NCBI GenBank assembly: GCA_046758965.1 | Contig: JBHIBG010000029.1 | Coordinates: 1 to 30,554, forward strand | Origin: Candidatus Methylomirabilia bacterium | GTDB taxonomy: Bacteria > Methylomirabilota > Methylomirabilia > Rokubacteriales > CSP1-6 | Length of the DNA stretch: 30,554 nucleotides | Reading direction: 5' to 3' | Part shown: piece by piece, positions 9,082 through 18,386 of the stretch | How positions within the stretch are numbered: the first letter of the stretch is position 1 | Layout: each line of letters starts with the position of its first letter | Program-made: the position numbers and the translations under genes | The notes under the pieces: model-generated | What the model saw: only the letters and a program-made list of their open reading frames with translations | Databases searched by the model: none | Told to the model about the DNA's origin: nothing

Positions 9082-10284
9082 CTAGACCGCAGGCTCGGCG
9101 GGGTCTGATCGCGACGTCTCTCGGGGAAGGATCTCGGCGTTCTTCAGGCCGGTGCCGGTGTTGAACAGGACGATGCGCTCGGCAGGCTTCACGGTGCCGG
9201 TGCTTGCCAACTTCTTCAGGGCGGCCCAACAGGCGGCGCCTTCCGGGCAGGCCAGGATCCCCTGCTGTTCCGCCAGCTCCCGCAGAGCCGTCGCCCACTC
9301 CTCCTCGGTGACGGCGAGGGCAGTCCCCCGGCTTTCTCGCAGCACCTGTAGGATGAGGTAGTCCCCATACGCCTTCGGCACGCGTAGCCCCCTCGCCGCC
9401 GTGGTCGCGTTCTCCCAGAGCCGCGACTCGAGGGCTCCTTCGTGAAAGGCTTGGACGATGGGTTGGCAGCCCGCAGCTTGGACCGAGACCATGCGGGGGC
9501 GCCGAATCCCGATCCACCCCAGTGCCTCCATTTCCTCGAAGGCCTTCCACATGCCCACCAAGCCGGTGCCACCCCCGGTGGGGTACAAGATCCAATCAGG
9601 CAGCTCCCAGTGGAATTGCTCCGCCACCTCGTACCCCATCGTTTTCTTGCCCTCGATCCGATACGGCTCCTTCAGAGTGGAGATGTCGAACCAGCCGTGG
9701 GTCTTGACCCCCTCGGCTACCCGCTTCCCGCACTCCGTGATCAGGCCATCAATCAGGGAGACTCGAGCGCCGTAGCTGAGGGCCTCGCCGATATTGATGA
9801 AGGGGGTATCCCTGGGCATGAAGACGTGGCACGGCATCCCGGCCCGCGCCGCGTACGCCGCTGCCGCTGCGCCGGCGTTGCCCGCGGAGGGCAGGGCAAC
9901 GACCCTGGCGCCCAGCTTCCTTGCCATGGAGAGGCAGGCTGACATCCCGCGCGCCTTGAACGTGCCCGTCGGGTTGGAAGACTCATCCTTGATCCAGAGA
10001 TGGGGAAAGGACGTGAACGGACCCCGACGCTCCGCCCGCAACACGGGCGTATACCCCTCGCCCGCCGAGACGATGTCACTTTCATCCTGAAGGGGAAGGA
10101 TTCGCCGGTAGCGCCAGATGCTATTCGGGCCGTCCTTCACCTCGTCCCGCCCGAACGTCGAGCGCAGAGCGGCGACGTCGTACCGGGGGTAGAGGATGCC
10201 ACCACAGTCACAGAGGTTGATGAGCCGGTCTGTCGGGTGCTTACTCCCGCACCTCGTGCATTCCAGGTGTGTCATGCTCCCCAT
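9082..10284 (-). CDS. thrC: threonine synthase
   Basis: N-terminal CxxC/CxCGG, KDESSNPTGTFKARG with PLP lysine, SAGNAG, YRIEGKKTMG, PTGGGTG, NTGTGLK. Confidence 0.9.
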   Translation of the reverse strand: MGSMTHLECTRCGSKHPTDRLINLCDCGGILYPRYDVAALRSTFGRDEVKDGPNSIWRYRRILPLQDESDIVSAGEGYTPVLRAERRGPFTSFPHLWIKDESSNPTGTFKARGMSACLSMARKLGARVVALPSAGNAGAAAAAYAARAGMPCHVFMPRDTPFINIGEALSYGARVSLIDGLITECGKRVAEGVKTHGWFDISTLKEPYRIEGKKTMGYEVAEQFHWELPDWILYPTGGGTGLVGMWKAFEEMEALGWIGIRRPRMVSVQAAGCQPIVQAFHEGALESRLWENATTAARGLRVPKAYGDYLILQVLRESRGTALAVTEEEWATALRELAEQQGILACPEGAACWAALKKLASTGTVKPAERIVLFNTGTGLKNAEILPRETSRSDPAEPAV

Positions 10285-10363
10285 TCCCCTGTCAGAGGAG
10301 CCCGAGGATCCCCGAACCGGGGCTCAACGGCTCACCGTGTTTGGATTCTCCCGCCTACTGCTC

Positions 10364-10402
10364 CCCCTCACCGTTGTCCTCTCCCCCGGTGGGGAGAGGG
10401 GA
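10364..10402. repeat. REP-like palindrome, copy 1
   Basis: CCCCTCACC-N6-CCTCTCCCC-CGGT-GGGGAGAGG; related copy at 18013-18064. Confidence 0.7.
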
Positions 10403-10420
10403 GCGTGAACGCACCCGCGA

Positions 10421-11674
10421 TCAGACGTGAGCGGACTCACTGAGCGCCTGCACCCTGAGGAGCCGTGTCAGCGGGATCGTGATCAGCACGACGAGCCCGA
10501 TCACCCTGAGCGTGAGGCTGACCCCGGCCCAGTCCGAAAGAAGCCCGTACGCGGTGGGAGCCAGGGCACCCGAACCGATCCCGAGCGTGTAGAAGAGGCC
10601 GTAGGCCCGCGAGCGCCGCTCCGGGAGCACCAGATCGGCCACCGTGCCGTACAGCACCGACGAGGTGCCGTTGAGGGCCACGCCGAGGAGTGGGAGGAGC
10701 AGCAGCGACGCGGAGAGAGGCAGAAGGGGGAGGAGCAGGATGCCGCCTCCGGTCGCCAGCTCGGTGAGCACCACTGTTCGGACCACTCCGATCCGCTCCG
10801 CGAGCGCCCCGCAGACAAACTTTCCGACCGCTCCGCCCGTGAAGATCAGCGCAAGCGCCAGGCCCACTCCCGAGACCGTCAAGCCCTTCTCCATCAGGAG
10901 GAACGGGAGGAAGGTCAGGAGCGCCGTGCGTGTGCTCTGGTCGAGGATTGCGATGGCGGCCAGCGCCTGAAATCCTCTGGTGTCTCGGATCCCCCAGCCG
11001 GTCGCCTGGTTCTCTTTCTTGTCCGCGGGCATGGGCCGCGTCATCATTGTCGTGCGAAGGCGCGAGAAGATGACTAAGATCGCCGCCGACGCTACCAGGC
11101 CCACGACCCCGTACCCCTGCGTCGCCCACCGCCACCCGACCCACGAGATGGCCGCGGCCACCACGGCCGGCACCGTCACTTTTCCCAGGTCGCCGGAGAA
11201 GTTGTAGGTGCCGAGCGCCATGCGCCGTGGTCCCACCTCGTAGGCCTTGGAGACCAGTGCGGAGGAGAGCGGGTGCTGGACCCCTGAACCCAGGCCGGCG
11301 GCCAGGAGCACGCCAAGCATCGCCCCGAAGCTCCCTGTCCAGCCCAGCACGAGGTAGCCCAGCGCAACGGCGGCGGTCCCGCCCGCCAAGAGCTTGATCT
11401 CTCCCCACCGCTCAGCCAGAAGCCCCGCAGGGACCTGGAAGCTGGCCATAGCCCCCGAGTAGACCATCCGCATAAGCCCTACCTGGGTAAAGGAGAGGGT
11501 GAGTTCTGCCGCCCAGAGCGGGAAGAGGACGTAGAGCGCATCGGAGAAGCCGTCGTGGATGAAGTGCGTGGCCGAGCACGCTCCGAGCGTTGCCCGAGCC
11601 CGTCTGGTCGTCACAGGCGAACCCTGGACAGCGCGACCTGGTTCCGCAAGATGCGGGGCCTTATCCGGGAGCAT
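10421..11674 (-). CDS. MFS transporter
   Basis: About 12 hydrophobic segments; GLLAERWG and GALAERIG loop motifs; THFIHD and QHP as in Fsr-like MFS proteins. Confidence 0.9.
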   Translation of the reverse strand: MLPDKAPHLAEPGRAVQGSPVTTRRARATLGACSATHFIHDGFSDALYVLFPLWAAELTLSFTQVGLMRMVYSGAMASFQVPAGLLAERWGEIKLLAGGTAAVALGYLVLGWTGSFGAMLGVLLAAGLGSGVQHPLSSALVSKAYEVGPRRMALGTYNFSGDLGKVTVPAVVAAAISWVGWRWATQGYGVVGLVASAAILVIFSRLRTTMMTRPMPADKKENQATGWGIRDTRGFQALAAIAILDQSTRTALLTFLPFLLMEKGLTVSGVGLALALIFTGGAVGKFVCGALAERIGVVRTVVLTELATGGGILLLPLLPLSASLLLLPLLGVALNGTSSVLYGTVADLVLPERRSRAYGLFYTLGIGSGALAPTAYGLLSDWAGVSLTLRVIGLVVLITIPLTRLLRVQALSESAHV

Positions 11675-11755
11675 AGCGACCTAAGCATACCGCCGCAGCG
11701 CGAGCTCCGAAACGACCAGTATTGCGATGAGTCGTGCGGGCCCTCTGCATCAGGA

Positions 11756-11771
11756 TGTGACTTTCTTCACA
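11756..11771. promoter_or_regulatory. CRP/FNR-family binding site
   Basis: TGTGA-CTTTCT-TCACA, perfect CRP consensus. Confidence 0.7.
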
Positions 11772-11788
11772 ACGAGTATGTGATCCGG

Positions 11789-11817
11789 TTGACCGCCCAC
11801 GGGATCGATCCTAGAAT
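11789..11817 (+). promoter_or_regulatory. sigma70 promoter of the GYD gene
   Basis: TTGACC-N17-TAGAAT. Confidence 0.7.
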
Positions 11818-11902
11818 CCTGGCAACCCGTCAGACCTCACCCTCCAGCCCTCGGGGAGGTCCGGGTTGGTGATGCTCACCCCTTCAGAGAAGGAGACTCC
11901 AG

Positions 11903-12196
11903 ATGGCGACATATATCAGCCTTATCAGCTACACCGATCAGGGGATCCGGAATGTCAAGGACTCGCCGAAGCGCCTGGACGCGGCAAAGAAGCTGCTCAA
12001 GGATCTGGGGGGCGAATTGAAGCAGTTTTACCTCACCATGGGGCAGTATGACATCATCACGGTTGCCGAAGCCCCGAATGCTGAGGTGGTCGCCAAGTTC
12101 GCCCTTTCACTCGGCTCCGGTGGAAATATCCGGACGACCACGCTTACGGCGTTCACCGAGGCCGAGTACCGGAAGATCATCGCGGGCCTGCCCTGA
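11903..12196 (+). CDS. GYD domain protein
   Basis: MATYISLISYTDQG...YLTMGQYD...GNIRTTTLTAF family pattern; AAGGAG RBS. Confidence 0.9.
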   Translation: MATYISLISYTDQGIRNVKDSPKRLDAAKKLLKDLGGELKQFYLTMGQYDIITVAEAPNAEVVAKFALSLGSGGNIRTTTLTAFTEAEYRKIIAGLP

Positions 12197-12206
12197 CCGC
12201 CCACGA

Positions 12207-12926
12207 TCACGGCTCGGCCTCGCGAGAGAGCACAACGAGCGCATCGGCGACTTTGACCCCTTGTCCCGACGGCAGCACCATCAAGGGGTTGATGTCGATC
12301 TCCGCGATCTCCCGCTCGAGGTCCACCGCCAGCCGCGAGAGGGCGGCGACCGCGCGGGCAAGAGCGGGGATGTCGGCCTCCGGCTGAGCGCGGTACCCTC
12401 TGAGCAACGGAGCCGCCCGAAGCTCCTCGATCATGCGGAGCGCCTCGGCCTCATCCACCGGCGCCACGCGCATGCTGAGATCATCGTAGAGCTCCGTGAA
12501 GAGCCCGCCCAGGCCAAGCACGATAACCGGCCCGAACTGCTCATCCCGCTTGCTGCCGAGGAGCAGCTCCGCCACCGCGCCCCGAACGTGCTCCTGCACG
12601 AGGATCCCGTGGATACGGAGGCCCGGGCGAGCCCGGGAGACCGTCTCGAGAAGCCGGTGAAACGTCTTCTCCGCTACCTCCCGGGTCTCGATGCCGACGG
12701 CCACCCCGCCGGCGTCGCTCTTGTGCGGAAGATCCGGCGCGGCCACTTTCATCACCCAGGGCGGAGGGATGCTGTCGAGGACGCCTTCGAGCTCCTGAAC
12801 GCGTGAGACCAGCCCCTCGGTGGTGATCGCAAGCCCAAAGCCCTCGAGGAGACGCTTCGCCTCCGCTTCGCTCAGGAGGCTCCGCCCTTCGGCGCGGGCC
12901 CGGGAGACCGGATCCGGCAGGGTCAC
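12207..12926 (-). CDS. ADP-forming acyl-CoA ligase, ATP-grasp (beta) subunit
   Basis: LSEAEAKRLL, HKSDAGGV, DEQFGPV, EIDINPL; likely GTG start at 12926 overlapping the alpha-subunit TGA (GTGA) rather than the ORF-track start at 13217. Confidence 0.88.
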   Translation of the reverse strand: MTLPDPVSRARAEGRSLLSEAEAKRLLEGFGLAITTEGLVSRVQELEGVLDSIPPPWVMKVAAPDLPHKSDAGGVAVGIETREVAEKTFHRLLETVSRARPGLRIHGILVQEHVRGAVAELLLGSKRDEQFGPVIVLGLGGLFTELYDDLSMRVAPVDEAEALRMIEELRAAPLLRGYRAQPEADIPALARAVAALSRLAVDLEREIAEIDINPLMVLPSGQGVKVADALVVLSREAEP

Positions 12927-14320
12927 CGCTGCGGGTCCATGAAGTCGGTGCTGAGTCGAAAGCGCCAGTGGCGGGCCAGAGCCTCGAGCCCCTGCACCGC
13001 GCGAAGCGGCGATTCGTAAACCGACATCTCCGCGCTGACGAGCTGCTCCAAAGCCGGACCCGCCACCTCGGTTCCGGCTGTCCAGCAGACGAGGAGCGGC
13101 CTCTTCGTCTTCTGGCGGAGCTCGAGCACGACCCGGGCGAAGGCTGGATCGCGGACCGCGGTAATGACGAGCACGACCGCATCGATCCCTGGATCCGTCA
13201 GCACCGCCTGCAGACACTCGCCGACTTCAGCCGGGCTGCCGATCAGGGCGCCGGTGAAGTCGACGGGGTTCGTGACTGTCCCGAACGCCGGGACATGGGC
13301 GCGCAGCGCCTCTTCGGTGACGGGCGCGAGCGGCGGAACGGAGAAGCCGGCCTCGGTGAGGAGGTCCGCGAGCTCCACCGCCATCCCCCCGGCGCTGGAG
13401 AGGATCGCCACGCGCATGCCTGTCAGGGGCGGCTGGCTCGCCAAGGTCACGAGCGCGTCCACCATCTGGTCCAGATGCCGCGTGCGGACCACCCCTCGCT
13501 GGCGGAGGAGCGCGTCGACGACCCGGTCACTTCCGGCCAGGACCCCGGTGTGAGAGGCAGTTTGGCGCCTGCCGACCTCGGTCCTCCCGGTCTTGTTGAT
13601 GACGAGGGGCTTTCGAGAGGCGATCTCTCCGACTCGGTCGGCGAAGCGCCGCGGCTCCCAGATCCCTTCCAGATGCGCGCCGATCACGCTCGTCTCCGGA
13701 TCCCCCGCGAGATACTCGAGGTAGTCGACCGCCTTCAGGTCCGCCTCGTTCCCGGAGCTGATCACCTTGGCCGACCCCACGCCGCCGCGATGGAGTCGGC
13801 GCGCCACGACCCCGCAGTAGGCCCCGCTCTGGGAGACGATGGAAACGGGACCGGCCCTGAGCCCGTGGAACATCATGCTGAACGACAGCACGAGGCCCTC
13901 ACGGATGTTGACGACGCCTTCGCAGTTCGGACCGACCAGGCGCAAACCGGCTGCCCGCGCAACAGCAGCCATCTCGGCCTGCTGGAGCTGACCGGCGGGA
14001 GAGCTCTCGGCAAACCCTGAGGTGATGATCACGACCCCCCGCACCCCTCGGCCGGCGCACGCCCGCACCTGCTCCAGCGTCTCAGAGGCGGGGACGACCA
14101 GCGCCGCGAGATCGATCGGGCCGGGGATCGCATCGAGCGTGGGGAACACCCGGAGCCCTGCGATGTCGGCGGCGCGAGGGTTGATCGGGTAGATCGCCCC
14201 GGCGAAGCCGCCGGCCAGAAGGTTGGTCACGACCTGGTAGCCGAACTTCGCCGGGTTGGCCGAGGCGCCGATGATGGCGACGCTTCGAGGGCGGAAGAGC
14301 GGATCGAGGTCAGGCACCAT
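12923..14320 (-). CDS. ADP-forming acyl-CoA ligase, CoA-binding (alpha) subunit
   Basis: LFRPRSVAIIGAS, GPNCEG, SQSGA, ASHTG phospho-His, NPVDFTG; start ATG 14320 (or 14341). Confidence 0.9.
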   Translation of the reverse strand: MVPDLDPLFRPRSVAIIGASANPAKFGYQVVTNLLAGGFAGAIYPINPRAADIAGLRVFPTLDAIPGPIDLAALVVPASETLEQVRACAGRGVRGVVIITSGFAESSPAGQLQQAEMAAVARAAGLRLVGPNCEGVVNIREGLVLSFSMMFHGLRAGPVSIVSQSGAYCGVVARRLHRGGVGSAKVISSGNEADLKAVDYLEYLAGDPETSVIGAHLEGIWEPRRFADRVGEIASRKPLVINKTGRTEVGRRQTASHTGVLAGSDRVVDALLRQRGVVRTRHLDQMVDALVTLASQPPLTGMRVAILSSAGGMAVELADLLTEAGFSVPPLAPVTEEALRAHVPAFGTVTNPVDFTGALIGSPAEVGECLQAVLTDPGIDAVVLVITAVRDPAFARVVLELRQKTKRPLLVCWTAGTEVAGPALEQLVSAEMSVYESPLRAVQGLEALARHWRFRLSTDFMDPQR

Positions 14321-14327
14321 GGCGGCG

Positions 14328-16898
14328 TCAATAGATGACATGCTCTGCCTTGAGAGCGCTGATCTCCTCAGCCGAGAGCCCGAGCAGCTCGCCGAAGACG
14401 CGGTCAGTGTGCTCGCCCAGCCGCGGCGCCATCCCTGTGAGTCCGGGGGTCTCGCTCAGACGAATCGGGTGCTTGAACACCCGCATCGCGCCCATCTCCG
14501 GGTGGCAGACCTCCTCTATGATCCCGCGCGCTCGACAGTGAGGAGTCGCCTCGAGCTCCTCGAGCCTGAGCACCGGAAAGGCGGCGACGCCGAGGGCCTG
14601 AAGCTGCTCGGCCGCTTCCCACTTGGAGCGGAGGCGCGTCCAGTGAGCGATCGCCGCGTCGATCTCCCCGGCATGGGCCCGTCGCCCTTGAAGCGTCTGA
14701 ACGCGGGGATCTCGCCCCCAGCCCGGCCTGCCGACCGCCCGTGCCAGCCGCTGCCACTCCTCGTCGTCAGCCACCGCAATCGCGACCCACTCGTCCTCGC
14801 CACGGCACGGGTAGTGGCCGTGCGGAGCCATGCTGAGATGGTCACTTCCCTGCGGCCCCCAGACCCGGCCGTTCATGAAAAAGTCCATCAGTGGCTCGAC
14901 GGCGAGGCCCGCCGTCGCTTCGAGCTGACCCATATCGATGTACTGTCCCTCCCCGGTGCGCTGGCGGTGCCAGAGCGCCGCCAGCACCGCGAAGGCGCCG
15001 TGGTGGGCGTTGGATGGATCGGCATACCCGAAGGTCAGCGCCCCCAGCACGGCCTCGCCGCGATCTCCGATCAGCGCCTCGAGCCCCGCCAGGCTCGAGA
15101 GTGACGGGGCAAAGGTTCGGAGATCACTCCAGGGGCCGTCCTGGCCCGCCGCCGAGCAGGAGATCATGATCAGGTCTGGCCGGACCGCCCCAAGCGCCGG
15201 ATAGTCGAGTCCGATCTCGCGGAGGACCTGCGGCGAGAAGTTCTCGACGACCACATCGCTCACCCCGATCAGGCGCTTGAGCAGCGGCGGGGCCTTCGGG
15301 TGACGCAGGTCCACGGTGATCCCGAGCTTACCCCTGTTGTAGTTGTGAAACATCGGCACGAGATCGATCTCCTCCGCGCGTGAGGTGAACGCCGCCTCGG
15401 GCGACTCATCATCCATGATCGGGCGCGGGATCAACCGGCAGTAGTCGAGGCGCGCGCGGGACTCGATCTTGATGACCTCGGCCCCCATCTCAGCGAGGAG
15501 GCTCGACAGGACCGGGCCGACGGCGACCCACCCGAAGTCCACCACCCGGATCCCCTCCAGCGGGCGCACTGCTTCGGTCCGGCGCGGGTCCTGCAAGGTG
15601 TGAACTGCTCGCAACGGGGCCCGCTGGTCCTGTCGCGGCGAGCAGCCCCCGCCGTCCTCGCACCCCCGCCCGGTGTGGGGACCCCCGCTGCGGGCGGCGG
15701 GGGCGCCCGGCTCGCCACGCCACCCGCTGGGCCCCGTCCCGCGGCCGAACACGAGATCGTTGTGCTCGCCCAGGAGGGGGGCCGGGCGGCTGACCTGCCA
15801 CGGCGTCCGGACCATCCTCCACGGCGCTCCCGGATAGGTGAGCGGGCCCACCTCAGCGCGCGCGATCTGGACGAAGAAGCCGCGCGCCCTGAGCTGGGGG
15901 CAGCGCGCCACCAGGTCGGCGGTGCGGACGATCGAGAACGGGATCGCGCGCTGGCGGAAGATCTCCAGGAGCTCATCCATGGTGCGTTCGCGGAGCCACG
16001 GCACCAGGAGGGCGTCCACCTCGTCGGGGTATTCCGTCCCCATGCGTCGGCGATCCCGGTAGCGCGGATCCCGGGTCCACGCGGGGTTGCCCATCGCCTC
16101 GCAGAAGCGCCTCCACGGATGCCCCGAGCGGGTGATCAGGCAGACGTGCCCGTCCTTGCACGGAAGGATCGTGTACGGGTAATAGCCCCCGGACTTTGAG
16201 GCGCGGTGACCCTCGCGGCTCCACGGGAGGCGATACGGCGTGTACATCGTTGAGGTGATCCCCCCGTAGAACGCCACCACGTCGGCCGTCGCGATGTCCA
16301 CGTGCTGCCCGCTTCCGGTTCGCTCACGCGCGAACAAGGCCAGCATGGCCCCGATCGCTCCATTGACCCCGCCCTGGTAATCGGGTTGAGAGACCGGCAG
16401 GGGAAGCGGCGGGCGCCCCGGCTCACCGATCGTCACGGTCGCGGCGCCGGCCGCTGAGGCCTGCAGGGCGTGTCCGCGCCAGGCCCGATAGGGGCTCTGA
16501 TGCCCGAAGGGAGCGATGGAAACGTGGATCAGGGAGGGCCACCGGCGGCGCGTCTCCTCGGGCGCGAGCCCGAGCGCCTCGAGGGCCGGCGGGTGAAGGT
16601 TCTCCACGAGGATGTCTGCGGTCCCGATCACGGCGTGGAGCCGGGCCAGATCGTCAGCGCTGTGGCGGTCCAGCGTCACCCCCAGCTTGTTCGTGTTGAG
16701 GTAGCAGAAAAGCCCGCTCCGCTCGGGGTGGAGGTCGTCATGCAGGAACGGGCCGTGGCGACGCGCGCGGTCGCCCTCGGGTGGCTCGACCTTCACCACC
16801 TCCACCCCGTGATCAGCGAGGAGCTTCCCGCAGTACGGAGCCGAGATGAAACCCCCGAGCTCGACGGCGCGAAGCCCGGCGAGCGCTCCCGGGGTCAC
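14328..16898 (-). CDS. class III (CaiB/BaiF) CoA-transferase, two fused domains
   Basis: Two complete domains (GALAGLRAVEL...NTNKLG...APLLGEHN; PLEGIRVVDF...NRGKLG...APRLGEHT) joined by a linker of about 60 aa; candidate catalytic Asp in QPDYQGG and YADPSNA. Confidence 0.92.
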   Translation of the reverse strand: MTPGALAGLRAVELGGFISAPYCGKLLADHGVEVVKVEPPEGDRARRHGPFLHDDLHPERSGLFCYLNTNKLGVTLDRHSADDLARLHAVIGTADILVENLHPPALEALGLAPEETRRRWPSLIHVSIAPFGHQSPYRAWRGHALQASAAGAATVTIGEPGRPPLPLPVSQPDYQGGVNGAIGAMLALFARERTGSGQHVDIATADVVAFYGGITSTMYTPYRLPWSREGHRASKSGGYYPYTILPCKDGHVCLITRSGHPWRRFCEAMGNPAWTRDPRYRDRRRMGTEYPDEVDALLVPWLRERTMDELLEIFRQRAIPFSIVRTADLVARCPQLRARGFFVQIARAEVGPLTYPGAPWRMVRTPWQVSRPAPLLGEHNDLVFGRGTGPSGWRGEPGAPAARSGGPHTGRGCEDGGGCSPRQDQRAPLRAVHTLQDPRRTEAVRPLEGIRVVDFGWVAVGPVLSSLLAEMGAEVIKIESRARLDYCRLIPRPIMDDESPEAAFTSRAEEIDLVPMFHNYNRGKLGITVDLRHPKAPPLLKRLIGVSDVVVENFSPQVLREIGLDYPALGAVRPDLIMISCSAAGQDGPWSDLRTFAPSLSSLAGLEALIGDRGEAVLGALTFGYADPSNAHHGAFAVLAALWHRQRTGEGQYIDMGQLEATAGLAVEPLMDFFMNGRVWGPQGSDHLSMAPHGHYPCRGEDEWVAIAVADDEEWQRLARAVGRPGWGRDPRVQTLQGRRAHAGEIDAAIAHWTRLRSKWEAAEQLQALGVAAFPVLRLEELEATPHCRARGIIEEVCHPEMGAMRVFKHPIRLSETPGLTGMAPRLGEHTDRVFGELLGLSAEEISALKAEHVIY
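15614..15737. repeat. long imperfect palindrome inside the CoA-transferase interdomain linker
   Basis: Nested arms ACGGGGCCC/GGGCCCCGT, GGCGAGC/GCTCGCC, GCCCCCGCCG/CGGCGGGGGC, CGCA/TGCG. Confidence 0.65.
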
Positions 16899-17983
16899 GG
16901 CACCCTTGAGCGAGCCGGCAGGATCACTGTTGCCGTCCCCGCCGCGGTGGTCTCATGCCGCTGGTTCTCGGCGCAGAGCTCGAGATGCACGACCCCTCCC
17001 GCCTCTTTCCCGCTCACCCGCCCGCGGCACCACGTCGTGTCTCCGATCAGGTTGTGCCGAAGGACCCGCACGTTCAGCCGGGAGAGGACGCCGTCATCCC
17101 CCATCCAGTTCGTAACGAGGTGGCCGAGCCAGGCCACGCGCTCCGGGCCGTAGTCATACGCCCCAGGCACCCCGACGGCGCGCGCCATGGCCTCGTCCCA
17201 ATGCACCCGCTCGGGAGGCTCGGGGACGCCGAAGGCGTTGGGGATCGCGAGGGCAGGATGGCGCTCGAACAGCTCGAAGGCGTGCCCGTGGGCGCCGATG
17301 TAGAGCCCGCCCCACCCTTGCAGAAAGGCGATGACCGAGGTGACCGTGAGCGGTCCCTTCACCACCTCGGGGAGTGGCTCCCCCACCTCGACATCCTCGG
17401 CGTACCGCGGGGTGGCCCCGCGGATCACCTCCGCCGCGTAGGCGTGCCGGATCCGCTCCATCTCCTCGGCGGTGTAGCGATGCGGCTTGGCAGCCTTGTA
17501 CTTGCCCCGCTCGCGGGCCGTGTCGCGCTCGGTACGGAAGCACCAGGAGTCGGCCTCGCCCACCACGGCGCCCGTCGCGGTGATGAAGGTCGTGCGGTAG
17601 ATCTGCTGGATGGCGCGCCTGGCGAACGTCGAGGCCTTGTCCACGAGGTCGAGCAGCACGCTCTCTCCGGCGACACTCTCCCCCTCATGGATCGGCCGCC
17701 GCCAGCGGAAGTCCGCGCCCGCGAACATGGCGTGGACGCCGGGCAGGCCGCCCACGTAGCCGGAGACGATTCGGTCCATCGCGAACAGCATGGTCGGCGG
17801 CGCCACGCCGCGCTCGGTCCAGAAAGGGTTGCGGTCACCGATACCGTTGGCCCAGTGGCGGATGGCGTCTCGCGTGACCACTTCCACATACGGCTTGGGG
17901 CGCCGCACCGGCTTGCCGATCAGCCGGCGCAGCGGGGCCAGGGCCTCCTCCGTGATGGTCGGAAACGCTCGGAGCGTGCTCAT
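16895..17983 (-). CDS. double hot-dog MaoC-family acyl-CoA dehydratase
   Basis: DAIRHWANGIGDRNP, MFAGADFRWRRP, EDVEVGEPLP, VHWDEAMARAVGVPGAYDYG; likely start ATG 17983 (the longer ORF reads through the REP); GTGA overlap with the CoA-transferase. Confidence 0.88.
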   Translation of the reverse strand: MSTLRAFPTITEEALAPLRRLIGKPVRRPKPYVEVVTRDAIRHWANGIGDRNPFWTERGVAPPTMLFAMDRIVSGYVGGLPGVHAMFAGADFRWRRPIHEGESVAGESVLLDLVDKASTFARRAIQQIYRTTFITATGAVVGEADSWCFRTERDTARERGKYKAAKPHRYTAEEMERIRHAYAAEVIRGATPRYAEDVEVGEPLPEVVKGPLTVTSVIAFLQGWGGLYIGAHGHAFELFERHPALAIPNAFGVPEPPERVHWDEAMARAVGVPGAYDYGPERVAWLGHLVTNWMGDDGVLSRLNVRVLRHNLIGDTTWCRGRVSGKEAGGVVHLELCAENQRHETTAAGTATVILPARSRVP

Positions 17984-18012
17984 CCCGCTATTGAGGACTG
18001 CCAAACAAATGT

Positions 18013-18064
18013 CCTCACCCTCCCCTCTCCCCCTCGAAGGGGGAGAGGATGAAAGGTGAGGGGG
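18013..18064. repeat. REP-like palindrome, copy 2
   Basis: CCTCACC...CCTCTCCCCCT-CGA-AGGGGGAGAGG...GGTGAGG nested hairpin. Confidence 0.7.
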
Positions 18065-18094
18065 TTGAAGAGACATGGGACATAAGAAATGCGC

Positions 18095-18259
18095 CCGGTG
18101 CACTCCACGCCGACCCTCCTCTTCCCGCTCGGAGGTCAGCCGGAATGAGAGCACGGATGGTCCGGGAGGCCTCATCGCGGTAGGAGCGCTCTTCTGTCAT
18201 CAGCAGGGGGTCGCCGATCATAGCTTCCTCCGGATCGAAGGCGTTCAACCCTGGTCCAG
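18095..18259 (-). pseudogene. possible relic of a DUF5615 PIN-like toxin gene
   Basis: Fragments LDQG*TPSIRRKL and GPSVLSFRLTSER resemble the N-terminal and middle DUF5615 motifs; stops and deletions. Confidence 0.25.
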
Positions 18260-18386
18260 ATGCTATTGGCCAGCCTCGCTCCTGTCAACCTCGCTGCGAG
18301 GTCGATCGCGAACCCGGGCCGCCGCCCGGATCGGCAACGAGAGAGGCGAGAGTCGAAGTTGAAGAGGTGGAAGACCGAGCGGGGCC

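Noticed and set aside
12927..13217. Long N-terminal extension of the ATP-grasp subunit; likewise 17984-18175 for the dehydratase
   Set aside because: The first overlaps the alpha-subunit gene and the second reads through a REP; better starts exist at 12926 and 17983.
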